From NCBI GenBank assembly GCA_965206645.1, contig CBDBKE010000002.1:1-64000 (forward strand): a DNA stretch of 64,000 bases, read 5' to 3'. A program made the position numbers and the translations under genes. Positions 28,925-40,305 of the stretch are shown here, in pieces (positions within the stretch are counted from its first letter, which is position 1; every line of letters begins with the position of its first letter). The notes below the pieces were generated by a model. That model saw nothing but the letters and a program-made list of their open reading frames with translations, made no database searches and was not told the DNA's origin. Origin of the DNA: Terriglobia bacterium (lineage in GTDB: Bacteria; Acidobacteriota; Terriglobia; JAJPHL01; JAPKYU01).

Positions 28925-30174
28925 TGACCAGACCGATTTTTTGTACCAACCGTAGTGAGAGTTTACATCGCAGCCTGGGGCTGTGAAACTGGTTTCAGTG
29001 GCAGGGGAGGGCTATAGGCCCCCGGCGCCGGGGGCCTATAGCCGAGCGCCGAGTGCGGCCGCACCGTGTTGTATTGCACTCTCCACTGTTCAATCACCAC
29101 CTGTGCCTCCTTCAACGAGTAGAAGATCTCTCCATTCAGGCATTCGTCCCGCAGCTTCCCATTGAAACTCTCGCAGTACCCGTTCTCCCAGGGACTGCCC
29201 GGTTCGATGTACAGTGTCCCGGTCCCTAGATTTGCCAACCACTGGCGCAGTTGTTTGGCGATGAACTCGGGACCATTGTCGGATCGAATCTGTTCCGGTA
29301 TCCCTCGCCACAACATCACGTCCGACAACGCCTCAATGATTTGTTGGCTGCCCATCCTCCGCTCCACCCGGATCGCCAGGCATTCCCGCGTGTACTCATC
29401 CAGCAAGGTCAGCAGCCGCAGCGTTCTCCCCTCGTGCGTTCTGGCACTCATGAAGTCGTAGCTCCACACGTGGTTCGGTCGCTCCGGCCTCAGTCGTACA
29501 CAGGAACCGTCGTTCAGCCACAGCCGTCCTCGCGGCCTTTGTTTTTGCGGCACTTTCAGCCCTTCCCGCCGCCAAATCCGCTGCACCCGGTCCTTGCCCA
29601 CTTCCCAGCCCGCACTCCGCAGCAACGCTGTGATCCTCCGGTAGCCATATCGCCCGTACTTCGCTCCCAGGGCAATGATCGCTCGGGTCAGAGCATCCTC
29701 GTCCACCCGATGAATCGGCTCGTATCGTTGTGTCCCTCGCCATTGCCCCAGCAGCCGGCAGGCATGCCGTTCCGACAACCCGTGTTGCTCCCACGCACGC
29801 TCCACCGCACAACGCCGCCGCTCAGGGCTCAGAAGTTTCCCTGTGCCACATCCCGCAGCACCTGCTTCTCCAGAGAAAGCTCCGCTACCAACCGCTTCAG
29901 CCGCGTGTTTTCCTTCTCCAACTCCTTCAGCCGTTTTGCCTGCACCACCTTCAGCCCGCCGTATTCCTTCCGCCACCGGTAGTAGGTTTGGGTGTGGATT
30001 CCAGCTTCTTTCCAGGCTTGGGGCGCAGTCTTCCCGTTCCCCATCTGCACTTCTATCTGCCGTAGCACCGCTACAATCTGCTCCGGCTTGTAACTCCTTG
30101 TCGGCATGACCTCACTTCCTCCTCAAGTGGATTCTCTCTCTTTCCACTTGGTACAAAAAGTGCCGGTCAGGTCA
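28925..30174 (-). mobile_element. Complete IS3-family element (orfA 29829-30107, orfB ending at 28963)
   Basis: TG...CA IRs, AGGGAAAC frameshift window, DDE motifs; nearly identical to 43219-44468. Confidence 0.95.
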
Positions 30175-30176
30175 AG

Positions 30177-30557
30177 GGGAAAACAGCGGAATACGAGACC
30201 GCGAAGATTCTTCCAGGCAAGCTGATCGTCTTGGGCGGCGGGAACGGCGGTGAGGAAGCAGAGGTGGTCTATTTGACGGATCAATCCGGAATGGGCGAGG
30301 TCGAAATCGGCCGGGAAAGCCCGGACGTCATCGGCGGAATCCGGATCAGGGACAAGGCCAACACGCTCAGCCGGCGCCAGGCGCGCCTGGTCTACTCCGC
30401 ACAAACCAGGGTATTCCGGCTGATAAACCTTGCTGGCGCGGACTCCAACCCCACCGCTATCAACGGGCGCCGCATGGCGAGTAACGAGACAGTCCTCTTG
30501 CGGAACGACGATATCCTGGAGATGGGGAACATCCGGCTCAAATTCTGCCAACAGTAA
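30177..30557 (+). pseudogene. FHA-domain protein C-terminus, truncated by IS3
   Basis: IGRE...TLSRRQA...SNPTAING...LRNDDILEMGNIRLKF. Confidence 0.75.
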
Positions 30558-30841
30558 AACCAATCATCTACCTTTAGTGGTTTAGTTAGGCGTGTCTGCC
30601 ATAGCAGTGTCAACCCACTCTCCTTCCTTGAAGTCCGGAGGGAAACGGACCAGGCCAGTCCGCGGAACGGTCAAGTGAGCTAAGATGCCACCCAGGAGAG
30701 GCCATGGCGATCCGAGCTTGAGTTGAGGGGGCGCCGAGCGTATGCTTCCGGGCGAAGGGGAGTTCAAATTGGACATCCCGGCTCACATCGCTCCTCCTAT
30801 CGGTTTGCACAAGACGTAGCGCGCGGGCCGAGACGAAGGGC

Positions 30842-32092
30842 ATGGCGAAGAGCCACTCTCCTAAACAGCAGATGACCGCCCCCGCGAACTATAAATCATA
30901 CGTAACGGCCTATCTGAGATCGATTCTACCTTCTACGCGACAAATTGACCGCTTTATCGGCAAAACCCCAAACATCAAAGGATACAGCCCCAACGCAGGC
31001 TGGACTTACGATTCCGAACTAGGCTGGGTCCTAAGAGATGCTATTCGTTACGACGGCCTAGACGGATCCAAAACCTTTTACCACTACGAAGACTCTGGTG
31101 CTCGTGAAAGGACACAGTTTCCAGATATTCCTGCTCGCATTCATACATACGGAGATAGTTTTACCCACGGCGACCAAGTCAACGATGGGGAAACCTGGCA
31201 AGAATATCTCGCGGCTCATCTCGGGGAACCGATTGAAAACTTTGGCGTCGGGGGATACAGTGTGTATCAGGCTTATTTACGAATGAAGCGAGTCGAGTCA
31301 CTTCATCCTGCTCAGTACATCGTACTCAATATTTACGACGATGATCACTTCCGTAATCTAGTTGCCTGGCGCCAGTGGTCTCTCCCTCGCGGAGTAATCC
31401 CAAGAGAGGGAACGCTACCTTATGTCCGGGTTAATGTTGGAAAGCAACAACTAATCGAGCTTTCCAATCCGTGTCGCGCCCGCAGGGATGTCTACAAGCT
31501 CAGAAATGCAGGCTGGCTGTGGGAAACTTTCGGTCACGATGTCGCTCTCCGTATTGCGGCAGCAAGGGCAGCAAGAAAGGTCCCGCGCCAATATGTCCTA
31601 GAGGCGGCGACGGACTTTGGACTGTCCCATCATGTTAACCGGACAGAGCACGCGGCGAAAGCTGAACTAGAGCAAATCTACACTCGAGCGGCGCTCTTCT
31701 CTACGATGACAATTCTTGACATGGCGCATGATTACATCACGCAATCCAGAAAGAGGCTCCTTCTAATTCTCTCGTATAGCCCAGCGAATGTGACGCGATA
31801 TCTGCGAGGCGAAAGATCCTTTGATCAGAGTCTCATCGATTATCTCAAAGCACGTCGGTACCGTTATGTAGACTTGAGGGAACATCATTTGGCAGAGTTC
31901 GAGAAAGTCGGATTATCCCCGAAGGACTATGTGAACCGATATTATATCGGAGAGTATGTGAAGCGCTATTATATCGGCCACTACTCCCCTGCGGGGAATT
32001 TCTTCTGCGCGATGGCGATGAAGAACAAGATCGTGCGATGGCTGGACCCGCGCCCACAAACATATAGCAAGAAGCGAGCGAGTTATGAATAG
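30842..32092 (+). CDS. SGNH/GDSL-like hydrolase
   Basis: YGDSFTHG, NFGVGGYS, DD..RN, GHYSPAGN. Confidence 0.75.
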   Translation: MAKSHSPKQQMTAPANYKSYVTAYLRSILPSTRQIDRFIGKTPNIKGYSPNAGWTYDSELGWVLRDAIRYDGLDGSKTFYHYEDSGARERTQFPDIPARIHTYGDSFTHGDQVNDGETWQEYLAAHLGEPIENFGVGGYSVYQAYLRMKRVESLHPAQYIVLNIYDDDHFRNLVAWRQWSLPRGVIPREGTLPYVRVNVGKQQLIELSNPCRARRDVYKLRNAGWLWETFGHDVALRIAAARAARKVPRQYVLEAATDFGLSHHVNRTEHAAKAELEQIYTRAALFSTMTILDMAHDYITQSRKRLLLILSYSPANVTRYLRGERSFDQSLIDYLKARRYRYVDLREHHLAEFEKVGLSPKDYVNRYYIGEYVKRYYIGHYSPAGNFFCAMAMKNKIVRWLDPRPQTYSKKRASYE

Positions 32093-32155
32093 AGTTATCG
32101 ATTCAGCGCACGATGGAGCGCGCCAGGACGGGATGACAAAGAAGGCCTGTACTGA

Positions 32156-33463
32156 ATGCTAGCGGTCGTTGATTCCGTTGAAAAGCGGACGATGAAGAAG
32201 ATCCGCTTTCGGATTCTTGCTCTCGTCTTTCTCCTCTACATCATCTCGTTCATCGATCGGGCCAATGTGGCCTATGCCAAGCTGACCATGTCCGTGGATC
32301 TCGGCTTTTCCGAGGCCGCATACGGGCTGGGTTTGGGGCTGTTTTTTGTTGGGTACCCGCTGCTGGAAATCCCGGGCGCCTTAATTGTCCAAAAGTGGGG
32401 TGCAAGGTTCTGGGTGGCCCGGATTCTGATCACTTGGGGCATCTGCACAATCCTGATCGGCTTCGTTCGAACTGCCAATGAGTTTTATCTGGCGCGTTTT
32501 CTTTTGGGTGTGGCAGAAGGGGGCTTTTGGCCCGGCATGATCGTTTATCTCAATCAGTGGTTTCCCAGCCAATATCGCGCAAGAGCCATAGCGCAGTTCG
32601 GGGCGGCGCATCCCGTGGCACTCATCATCGGAGGTCCCATTGCCAGTGTCATCTTGCAGCTCAACTGGCTTGGTCTTTCGGGTTGGCGCTGGGTGTTTAT
32701 TCTGGAAGGCATCCCGGCGATCGTGATGGGCGTCGCGGTACTTTTTATCATGACCGATTGGCCCCGGGAGGCCTCGTGGCTGCAGCCAGAGGAGAAGGGG
32801 TGGGTGATCAATGAGCTGGAGATGGAAAAACGAGGAAAGGCCGCCTTCGGCAAGTTCACCGTCTGGCAGGTCTTGCGCCACCCCGCTGTGCTTTTGCTCG
32901 CCCTGGTTCATTTCCTCTCTACCGCCGGCATGTATCCGTTCGTCTTCTGGCTGCCCACCACGGTTCAAAGAGCATCAGGCCTGCCGGCCCATTTGGCGGC
33001 GCTCGTGTCAGGGCTTCCATACGTCTTTGCGGTGATGGGCCTGTTGCTAAACGCCTGGTCTTCGGACCGCACGGGAGAACGTTGCCTGCACACGGGGATT
33101 CCGCTGATGCTGGCGGCGGTGATTTTCCCGATTACGACCGTTCCCACGTCGTTCGGTTGGGTGCTGTTCTGGCTGTGCCTTTCAAGCCTCGCCATCTACG
33201 GATTCGGCCCCTCCTTTTGGGTGCTGCCGACGATGACCCTTGGGGAGTCGGCTGCAGCAGCCGCGATCGGCTGTATTACTGTCATTGGCAATGTTGGCGG
33301 ATTTCTAGGACCTGCCGCAGTAGGGTGGATTATGGACAACTATTCTTCTTCGCTCAGTGCGTTCTTCTTGTCGTTCTGCTTCCTCGGTGCCGGCATCGCC
33401 GCGATAAGTGTGCGGCCTCTGATTGCTCGGCAAAAAGGGGGTCTCCGTTCGACGGAAAACTAA
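32156..33463 (+). CDS. MFS transporter (ACS family, organic acid or sugar acid)
   Basis: IDRANV, LEIPG, RFLLGVAEGGF.PG, GWRWVFILEGIP. Confidence 0.92.
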   Translation: MLAVVDSVEKRTMKKIRFRILALVFLLYIISFIDRANVAYAKLTMSVDLGFSEAAYGLGLGLFFVGYPLLEIPGALIVQKWGARFWVARILITWGICTILIGFVRTANEFYLARFLLGVAEGGFWPGMIVYLNQWFPSQYRARAIAQFGAAHPVALIIGGPIASVILQLNWLGLSGWRWVFILEGIPAIVMGVAVLFIMTDWPREASWLQPEEKGWVINELEMEKRGKAAFGKFTVWQVLRHPAVLLLALVHFLSTAGMYPFVFWLPTTVQRASGLPAHLAALVSGLPYVFAVMGLLLNAWSSDRTGERCLHTGIPLMLAAVIFPITTVPTSFGWVLFWLCLSSLAIYGFGPSFWVLPTMTLGESAAAAAIGCITVIGNVGGFLGPAAVGWIMDNYSSSLSAFFLSFCFLGAGIAAISVRPLIARQKGGLRSTEN

Positions 33464-33493
33464 TGGCGAATCTCCGCCCCGGTTCTGAATAGC

Positions 33494-33517
33494 GCCTCGG
33501 TCAGAGAGGCTTTTTTT
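33494..33517 (+). terminator. Possible intrinsic terminator
   Basis: gcctc-ggtcaga-gaggc followed by T7. Confidence 0.5.
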
Positions 33518-33658
33518 ATCTTGGCTTAGCTGGCAATATTGCAATGTAGGAGTTCTTCGCCTGGATTCTCCGGAGACAGCGCCTAGCTCCGTGGCGAATA
33601 AAGGACAAAAGGCCCTCGTGTCCCAGTGGTCCATTGAGCGCGGTGTGAGAGGACAGCG

Positions 33659-34579
33659 ATGAGCCGGCTAGTGGTACGCCTAGCCAACGCTCCAGCGAGT
33701 TGGGGGATCATAGAGGTGGAAGGGTGGAGCCTGCCCATCCCCTACGCGCGGGTGTTGGATGAAATTGCCGCCGCAGGTTACATGGGAACGGAACTGGGCC
33801 CCTATGGGTACTTCCCGACCGAGCCCATGCGGCTTCGCGATGAACTGGCCCGACGTTCACTGGTTCTGACCGCGGCAGCCGTACTGTTGCCTTTGAAGGA
33901 GCGGGAAGGTGCAGATCAGGTGATCGAGCAGGCGCTCGTCGTGGGGCGCCTGCTGGCAACTTGCGGCGCGCGTTTTATCGTGCTGGTCGACGCGATGTGG
34001 CCGGAACGGGAAGCGGTCGCCGGCCGGGCCGCCTCTGACGGCCCTTCGCTCGACGCCGGCGAGTGGAAGGTGCTTGTCGAAAACGTGCGCAAGGTGTCGT
34101 CCGCCTGCCGCGACCTGGGCCTGCGCTGCGTCTTTCACCATCACGCCGGCACCTACATCGAAACCCCAGCCGAGCTGGAGCGCCTTTTGACCGAGGTGGA
34201 CGAGAAGGAGGTCGGTCTTTGCCTTGATACCGGCCACTATGTCTACGGCGGCGGCGACCCAGTGGAGGCGCTGCGCCGCTTCGGCAATCGGGTGGAATAC
34301 CTGCACTTGAAGGACATCCGCCCCACAGTGCTCGAGCGAGCGCGCGTCGACCAAGTCGGATTCCTGGAAGGCGTTCGCCGAGGAGTTTTCTGCGAACTGG
34401 GCAGGGGCGCGGTGGATTTTGCTGCGCTCCGCAACGAACTCCAACGTCTCGGCTATGACGGATGGGCGGTCGTGGAGCAGGACGTGGACTTGAAAAATCC
34501 TGCGGCATCACCGCCGCGGGAAAGCGCTCACGCTAGCCGCCAGTATCTCTCCCAGGTCTTCGCCGAAAGCATCCACTAG
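33659..34579 (+). CDS. IolE-like sugar phosphate isomerase/dehydratase (TIM barrel)
   Basis: ANAPASWG, GTELGPYGY, HHHAGTYIET, LDTGH, HLKD, VVEQD. Confidence 0.85.
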   Translation: MSRLVVRLANAPASWGIIEVEGWSLPIPYARVLDEIAAAGYMGTELGPYGYFPTEPMRLRDELARRSLVLTAAAVLLPLKEREGADQVIEQALVVGRLLATCGARFIVLVDAMWPEREAVAGRAASDGPSLDAGEWKVLVENVRKVSSACRDLGLRCVFHHHAGTYIETPAELERLLTEVDEKEVGLCLDTGHYVYGGGDPVEALRRFGNRVEYLHLKDIRPTVLERARVDQVGFLEGVRRGVFCELGRGAVDFAALRNELQRLGYDGWAVVEQDVDLKNPAASPPRESAHASRQYLSQVFAESIH

Positions 34580-34620
34580 TCCGCCGCAGATTTTGCTTAG
34601 TTGTTCTCGTACAGGCCGCC

Positions 34621-37600
34621 TCAGGGCGCTTGGACGGGGATGGTGATGGCCTGATCCGGGTTGGCGACAATGCCGTTCTGCGTGAGGACCAGCGGGACCG
34701 CATCGCCCGGCGCGACACCCGAGGGCACCACCACGTTCACTTGGTAGAGCCCCACAAAGCCGGGCGCTAGCCCCTGGAAGGCTACCGCGGCTTCAATCCC
34801 CCCGATGGTCACCGTCACCGGGTTGCTAACCGTGCTAAAGGGTGGCGCTGGCTCCCCACTACCCACTTCCGGGTCCGTTTCGCCCAGGCCGGTGGCGAAA
34901 ATCTGAATGGTGTCTCCAGGGCGCGCCGGGTTCTGCGCCGTCACTAGCTGGAACGAGGCATCCAGAATAGCGGCGTTTTCGCCCGCAATGAAGATGCCCG
35001 GCTGCGCAGGTGCAATCAAGTAGTTCTGCGGCGCCGTCAGCAGGCCACCCACACTGATGGCCACCGGAACGCTATCGCCCGTGCTGACCTCGAACGGTAC
35101 CTGCGCGTTAATCTGCCCCGGGCTGACGAAATACAGCGGCGCGTCCTGGCCGCCGATGCGCACGCTCACCCCGGCCAGCTCCCGCTCCAGCGGTAGATGG
35201 GTAGCGAAATTGTTCTCGCCCGCGAAGCGCGCTCCGAACAAGGAAACGATGCCGCCGGGAGACAGCGGCCGCCGCTTGGTGAAGCCGGCCCCTTCCACCA
35301 CCCCGTCGGCAAACAACGCCGGCAAACTGATCGCCCCCGGCGCGGCCGCCGTCGAAACCGTAAAGGAGCGCTGCACCTGGGCAAAGTCGGGATGCAGCGC
35401 GGCAAAGGTGATCGCCACCTCGGCCGCCGTGCTCTGCGGCACCCAGGTGCCGCTGTACAAGCCGGTCCCCAGCCCTCGCAACGGGATGTTCAAGCCTTCC
35501 ACGCTGGCCACCAACGTAGCATTGTCCACCCTGCTGCCGCAGTCGTCCACCACCAGCGCTGTCAGCACCCGCGGAAAGGAAACTGGCAGGCTCAGTCCAC
35601 TTCCGATGGTCGTGGACAGCAACTGCAGCCCCGATGGAGCGCACTGGGCCGCACCCGGCAGACCCGACTGCGTCTGCAGCGACGTGCCCGGCGGCGCCAC
35701 GATTAGCAACACTTCCACCTCCTGCGGGCCGCTGGAGGAGAAGCTGCCGTCAACAGTGCCCCGGTAAACGCCCGGCGCCAGCCCCACAGGATTCACCGAA
35801 ACCTGCGTCGGGAACGGTCCCCCCGATGCGGTCCCGCTCGGCGGGCTCACCATCAGCCACTCCCCGCCGGAACTGGTCGCAGTCACAAAATCAGCCGTGA
35901 GGGTTCCTCCCCCGGTGTTGTTCACCGTCAGGTCTTGCGCCCCCGGCACAGTGCCCGACTGCTGTAGAGTGACGCCCGGCTCGGCGACGAACAGCATCCC
36001 GTTGGGGCTTAGGTCTGCCAAAGCGGACGTGCTTGTTGGCACGACGTTCAGCGTCATCGAGACCAGTTGCGGATTGCCGCTTGCTCCGGGAGCGGATGCG
36101 GTCACTAATGCCTGGAAAACGCCGGAAGCCAGACCCGTCAGATTCGCTGTCAGCGTAACCACGGACGACGAGCCCGCACCTACCGTTCCCGACTGCGGCG
36201 AAGCTGTGAGCCACGGAGGAAGCCCCGCAAGCGACCAGTTCAACGTTCCCGTTCCTGCGTTGAATACCGTAAGGTTCTGCGGAGGAGGAGGCCAGTTGGT
36301 CACCCCCTGGAACACGAATGCCGTCTGGCTCAACGCCAGCCGGGCTACGGGAGCGCTCAAGACCACCGTCACCTGAACTGTGACCGAAGAGCCCGTCGCC
36401 GTATCGGTCACCGTAATCTCGGCCTGGAACACTCCGGCGCCGCCCAGCGCGCCGTAGTTGACCGTCGCGATCACAACCGCTGGCTGCGTCAGGCTGGCCG
36501 CGCCCGAGCTGGGAGAGATGGTGAGCCAACCGCTTCCGTTCAGCAGCCTCACCGTGGCGGTCCAGTTCACCGTCCTGCCGTCGCTGCCGATTTGAAAGCC
36601 CTGGCGCGCAGGCGGGTCTCCCACAGTCGCGGAAAAGCCCAGAATCCGGGGGCCCACGGTCAAGGCCGGAGGAACCTCGACCGTTCCCGCCTGGGTCACC
36701 GTCAGGATCTGCCCGCCGGTGATGGTCAGCGTCCCTATGCGCGAACCGGGGTCGGGATTGGCCTCTACCGAGTACTCCACCCGACCAGTGCCGCCGCCGC
36801 TGCTGCCTGATGTGATGGTGATCCAGCTCACGTCGATCTTAGCATTCCAGCCACAGCGCGGCGAGACGAGCACGCTGCCGGTTCCTCCGCTGGCCGGGAA
36901 CGATGCAGTGGTTGGAGAAATGGCGTAGGTGCAAGGTGGTACCGTTATAGTTGGGCCGATCTTGAAGACGAAAGCGTCCTCGCCTCCAGCATTAGCCGCC
37001 TGAAAGGGATTGACCGTGGGGAAGTCAGTCGAATCTGACCTGCCCCCCTTCAATCGGTCCAGTTGATAAGTTAGAGGTTAGGGTACGGACTGGACATGGA
37101 AGGGGGGAGGAATGCCGAAGAAGCGATATCCAGCCGAACAGATCATCCGACATCTACGAGAGGCGGAAGTGGAGCTGGCCAAGGGCCAGACAACGGGAGG
37201 GGTCTGTCGGAAGTTGGGAATTACGGAGCAGACCTATTACCGATGGCGGAAGGAGTACGGGAGCTTACGAGTGGATCAGGTGAGGCGTCTGAAGGAACTG
37301 GAAGGGGAGAATGGCCGACTGAAGAAGTTGGTAGCAGATCAGGCGTTGGACCTTGCGATTCTGAAGGAGACATCCTCGGGAAACTTCTGAGCCCGCCCCG
37401 ACGGCGGCAGGCAGTGAAGCATGTCTGCCAAGCCATGGGGGTGTCGGAGCGGCGGGCGTGTCGGGTGGTAGGACAGAATCGATCCACGCAACGGCATCGA
37501 ACCTTGGCGCCACAGGATGAACCGAGCCTGGCAACTCGGACGCTGCAGTTAGCCGGCGAGTACGGCCGTTATGGCTATCGGCGGATCACGGCGCTGTTGC

Positions 37601-38718
37601 GCCGGGAGGGGTGGCGGGTGAACCACAAGCGGGTAGAGAGAATCTGGCGGCAGGAGGGACTGAAAGTGCCGAAGAAACAGCCCCGCAGAGGCCGGCTGTG
37701 GTTGAACGATGGGTCGTGCCTTCGGTTAAGACCGTGCTGGCAGGATCATGTCTGGGCGTACGATTTTGTGGCAGATCGAACCCACGATGGTCGTCCACTG
37801 AAGATCTTGACGGTGGTGGATGAATACACGCGAGAGTGTTTGGCGATCGACGTAGAACGGCGAGCCGATTCGATGAGTGTTTTGGAACGGCTAGCAGCCT
37901 TGTTTGTGGAGCGGGGAGTTCCCGATTACCTTCGCTCGGATAATGGGTCCGAGTTCACCGCTCGGTTGGTACGGGACTGGCTGGAACGGGTCGGGGTGAA
38001 AACCCTGTTCATCGAGCCTGCGAGCCCCTGGGAAAACGGGTATGTGGAATCGTTTAACGGGAAGTTTCGAGACGAGTTTCTGAATGGAGAGATCTTTTAC
38101 ACCTTGCGGGAAGCGAAGGTGTTGATTGAGGGATGGCGGCGGGAGTATAACAGAGTTCGCCCGCACAGCGCGTTGGGCTACCGGCCGCCAGCCCCGGAAG
38201 TGATCCTGCCGTTACCGCCGGGTTCCGCTCCGCTCCACCCGGCTGCAACGGCGTATGGACTAACATGGAAGGTGGACCAATAACCGGGGGCAGGTCACCC
38301 GTGGAGATGGGTTAGCGCCTACGAGCTTCATGCGCACTACGGCCGGCGGGACAGCATCAGCCAGCTCCGCTTCTGTGTTGCCTGGCGGCGCATGCGTTGT
38401 CCGCGCTCTGCTGGACGCGGCGGGCTTGCGCAAGGCCAACACAGCCTCAGCGGGGGTCAAGAACAGCGTGTAGCCGCTGCCCCGCGACAGGAAGTCCACC
38501 TGGCTGTCCGTCTGCCCCTGGTTCGCCTCGAAGCTCAGCGGCAGCTTGCCGTACGCCTCGACTACTTGCGGCTCGCCGGCCCCAGGAATTTTCGCTGCGG
38601 AGTATGGCTTGCGGGCAAGGATGGGACTGAAGTCCATTCCCACTAGGACGATGGCAACCAGCCCAAGCGCCAGCAGTGCCATTCCTGTTCCTACCCGACG
38701 AATCAAGGTCCTGTCCAT
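34621..38718 (-). pseudogene. Large secreted SBBP/BACON/TIGR03437-domain protein, interrupted by IS3 with an internal deletion
   Basis: N-part 38298-38718 (LPLSFEANQGQTD..VDFLSRG.GYTLFL); C-part 34621-37035 (DFPTVNPFQ..GGEDAFV, BACON repeats, QINAQVP, GLAPGFVGLYQVN). Confidence 0.85.
37036..38297 (+). mobile_element. IS3-family element, a different isoform (orfA 37112-37390, orfB ending at 38283)
   Basis: IRs tgacctgccccc / gggggcaggtca; GGGAAAC frameshift window; WAYDF, RSDNG, SPWENG. Confidence 0.95.
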
Positions 38719-38862
38719 GGCTGTCCCCCCTCGGAGCGAATGACCAACGCTACACCCCCCGGGATCGTATGTCCATCTCGCCCGGTGAAATTTCCGAGTA
38801 GCAAGAGCGCAATCGGGCCTGCGCTCTTGCACTGCGGGATACGATTACACCTCTGTCACTCC

Positions 38863-39924
38863 TCAGGCCAGGGCAGCGGTTCGAACTTCCGCCCGCGTGC
38901 GAGGCAGGCTCTCCGGGCAACGCTCCTTCAGGAATGCAATCAACTTCTCGCGGACGTGGCAGCGCAGGTTCCAGGATGCTCCCGAGTCCACAGAGCTCAT
39001 CAGTGCCCGCAACTCCATGGTGTGCTCAGTGGCGTTGGTGACCTGCAGATTCCAGACCTTGCCGTCCCACATATCCGCAGATTGCAGAATACGGTGTAGC
39101 TCCTCGCGCACCTCCTGGACCGGCACGCTGTAATCGGCGCAGACAGAAACAGTGCCCAGGATGTCCGCTGCCGTGCGTGTCCAATTTTGGAACGGCTGCT
39201 CAATAAAATAAGAGAGCGGCAGCACCAGCCGCCGCAGGTCCCAGATGCGCACAACGACATAAGTCGGGTTAATCTCCTCAATCCATCCCCATTCCCCTTC
39301 GACAATGACCACGTCGTCGAGCCGGATGGGCTCCGACAATGCGATCTGGATTCCGGCGAGGAGGTTAGAAAGCGCCGGCCGCGCGGCCATGCCGACCACG
39401 ATGCCCACCATGCCCGCCGAGGCGAATATGCCGGCGCCGACATTCCAAACACGCGGAAAGGTCATCAACATCAGAGAGAGAGTCACGATACCAACGATGA
39501 CCACGCCAATGCGCCGAAGGGCTCGAACCTGCGTTTGGATCCGACGCGCTGCCAGATTGTCCGCGACGTCAACCCTGTATTTGATGGCAATGAGGTCGTC
39601 AAAGACCTTAAAGAGCCGCACAATGAGCCATGCGACCGAGGCAATCAAAGCCAGGCCAAGGCCGTGTCGGATCGCTCCCAACGGACCCGGTGGGAGCGGC
39701 ATGGCCGCCAGAGCCAGAAAAACCCCCAGAAGCGGGAAGATCAGCCGGGCCGGTTTTCGTCCGTGCTGGATAAGCAAGTCGTCGACGCGGCTTTCCGTTT
39801 GCGCAGCAACCCGCTTCGCCGCAGAAAAGACGAGATAGTGCCCGAGCAGGGCTACCAGAACCGCCACCACCAGGATGGCTCCTGACCACAGCCACGTTAC
39901 CCAACCAATCAGGAACTGTTCCAT
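38863..39924 (-). CDS. Small-conductance mechanosensitive channel (MscS family)
   Basis: GMAARPALSNLLAGIQIAL..PIRLDDVVIVEGEWG.IEEI, FQNWTR. Confidence 0.92.
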   Translation of the reverse strand: MEQFLIGWVTWLWSGAILVVAVLVALLGHYLVFSAAKRVAAQTESRVDDLLIQHGRKPARLIFPLLGVFLALAAMPLPPGPLGAIRHGLGLALIASVAWLIVRLFKVFDDLIAIKYRVDVADNLAARRIQTQVRALRRIGVVIVGIVTLSLMLMTFPRVWNVGAGIFASAGMVGIVVGMAARPALSNLLAGIQIALSEPIRLDDVVIVEGEWGWIEEINPTYVVVRIWDLRRLVLPLSYFIEQPFQNWTRTAADILGTVSVCADYSVPVQEVREELHRILQSADMWDGKVWNLQVTNATEHTMELRALMSSVDSGASWNLRCHVREKLIAFLKERCPESLPRTRAEVRTAALA

Positions 39925-40305
39925 TTCGCACTTCCTCCTTAGAGCAATCTTCTCAGAGTAACCTTAACTGATTGCCAACTTGCCCGACACGGACCTCATG
40001 CTTGACTCGTCCCGCAGCGTCCTTGGAACCCGTCGAGGCGTGCGGCCCGCGCCCGCTCACTTATTTTCCGCAAGATTACCTCTAACCAATATCAACAACC
40101 GGCATCAACAATTGGCATCAACAATCCGCGTACGTTCCCCCGTCCCGCGAAACGGGAGCTCACTAGTCACATATTAAGCCAGCCGCGGGATTTTCCGTGC
40201 TTCCCTTCCCCCGGCAGCCGCATTGCGGTTTCCTCCAGACTTGCTGTAGCCTGAGGAAAGGCATCGGTTCCAGGCCAGTCCTCCTCGGGGAGAAAGGAAA
40301 CGCTA

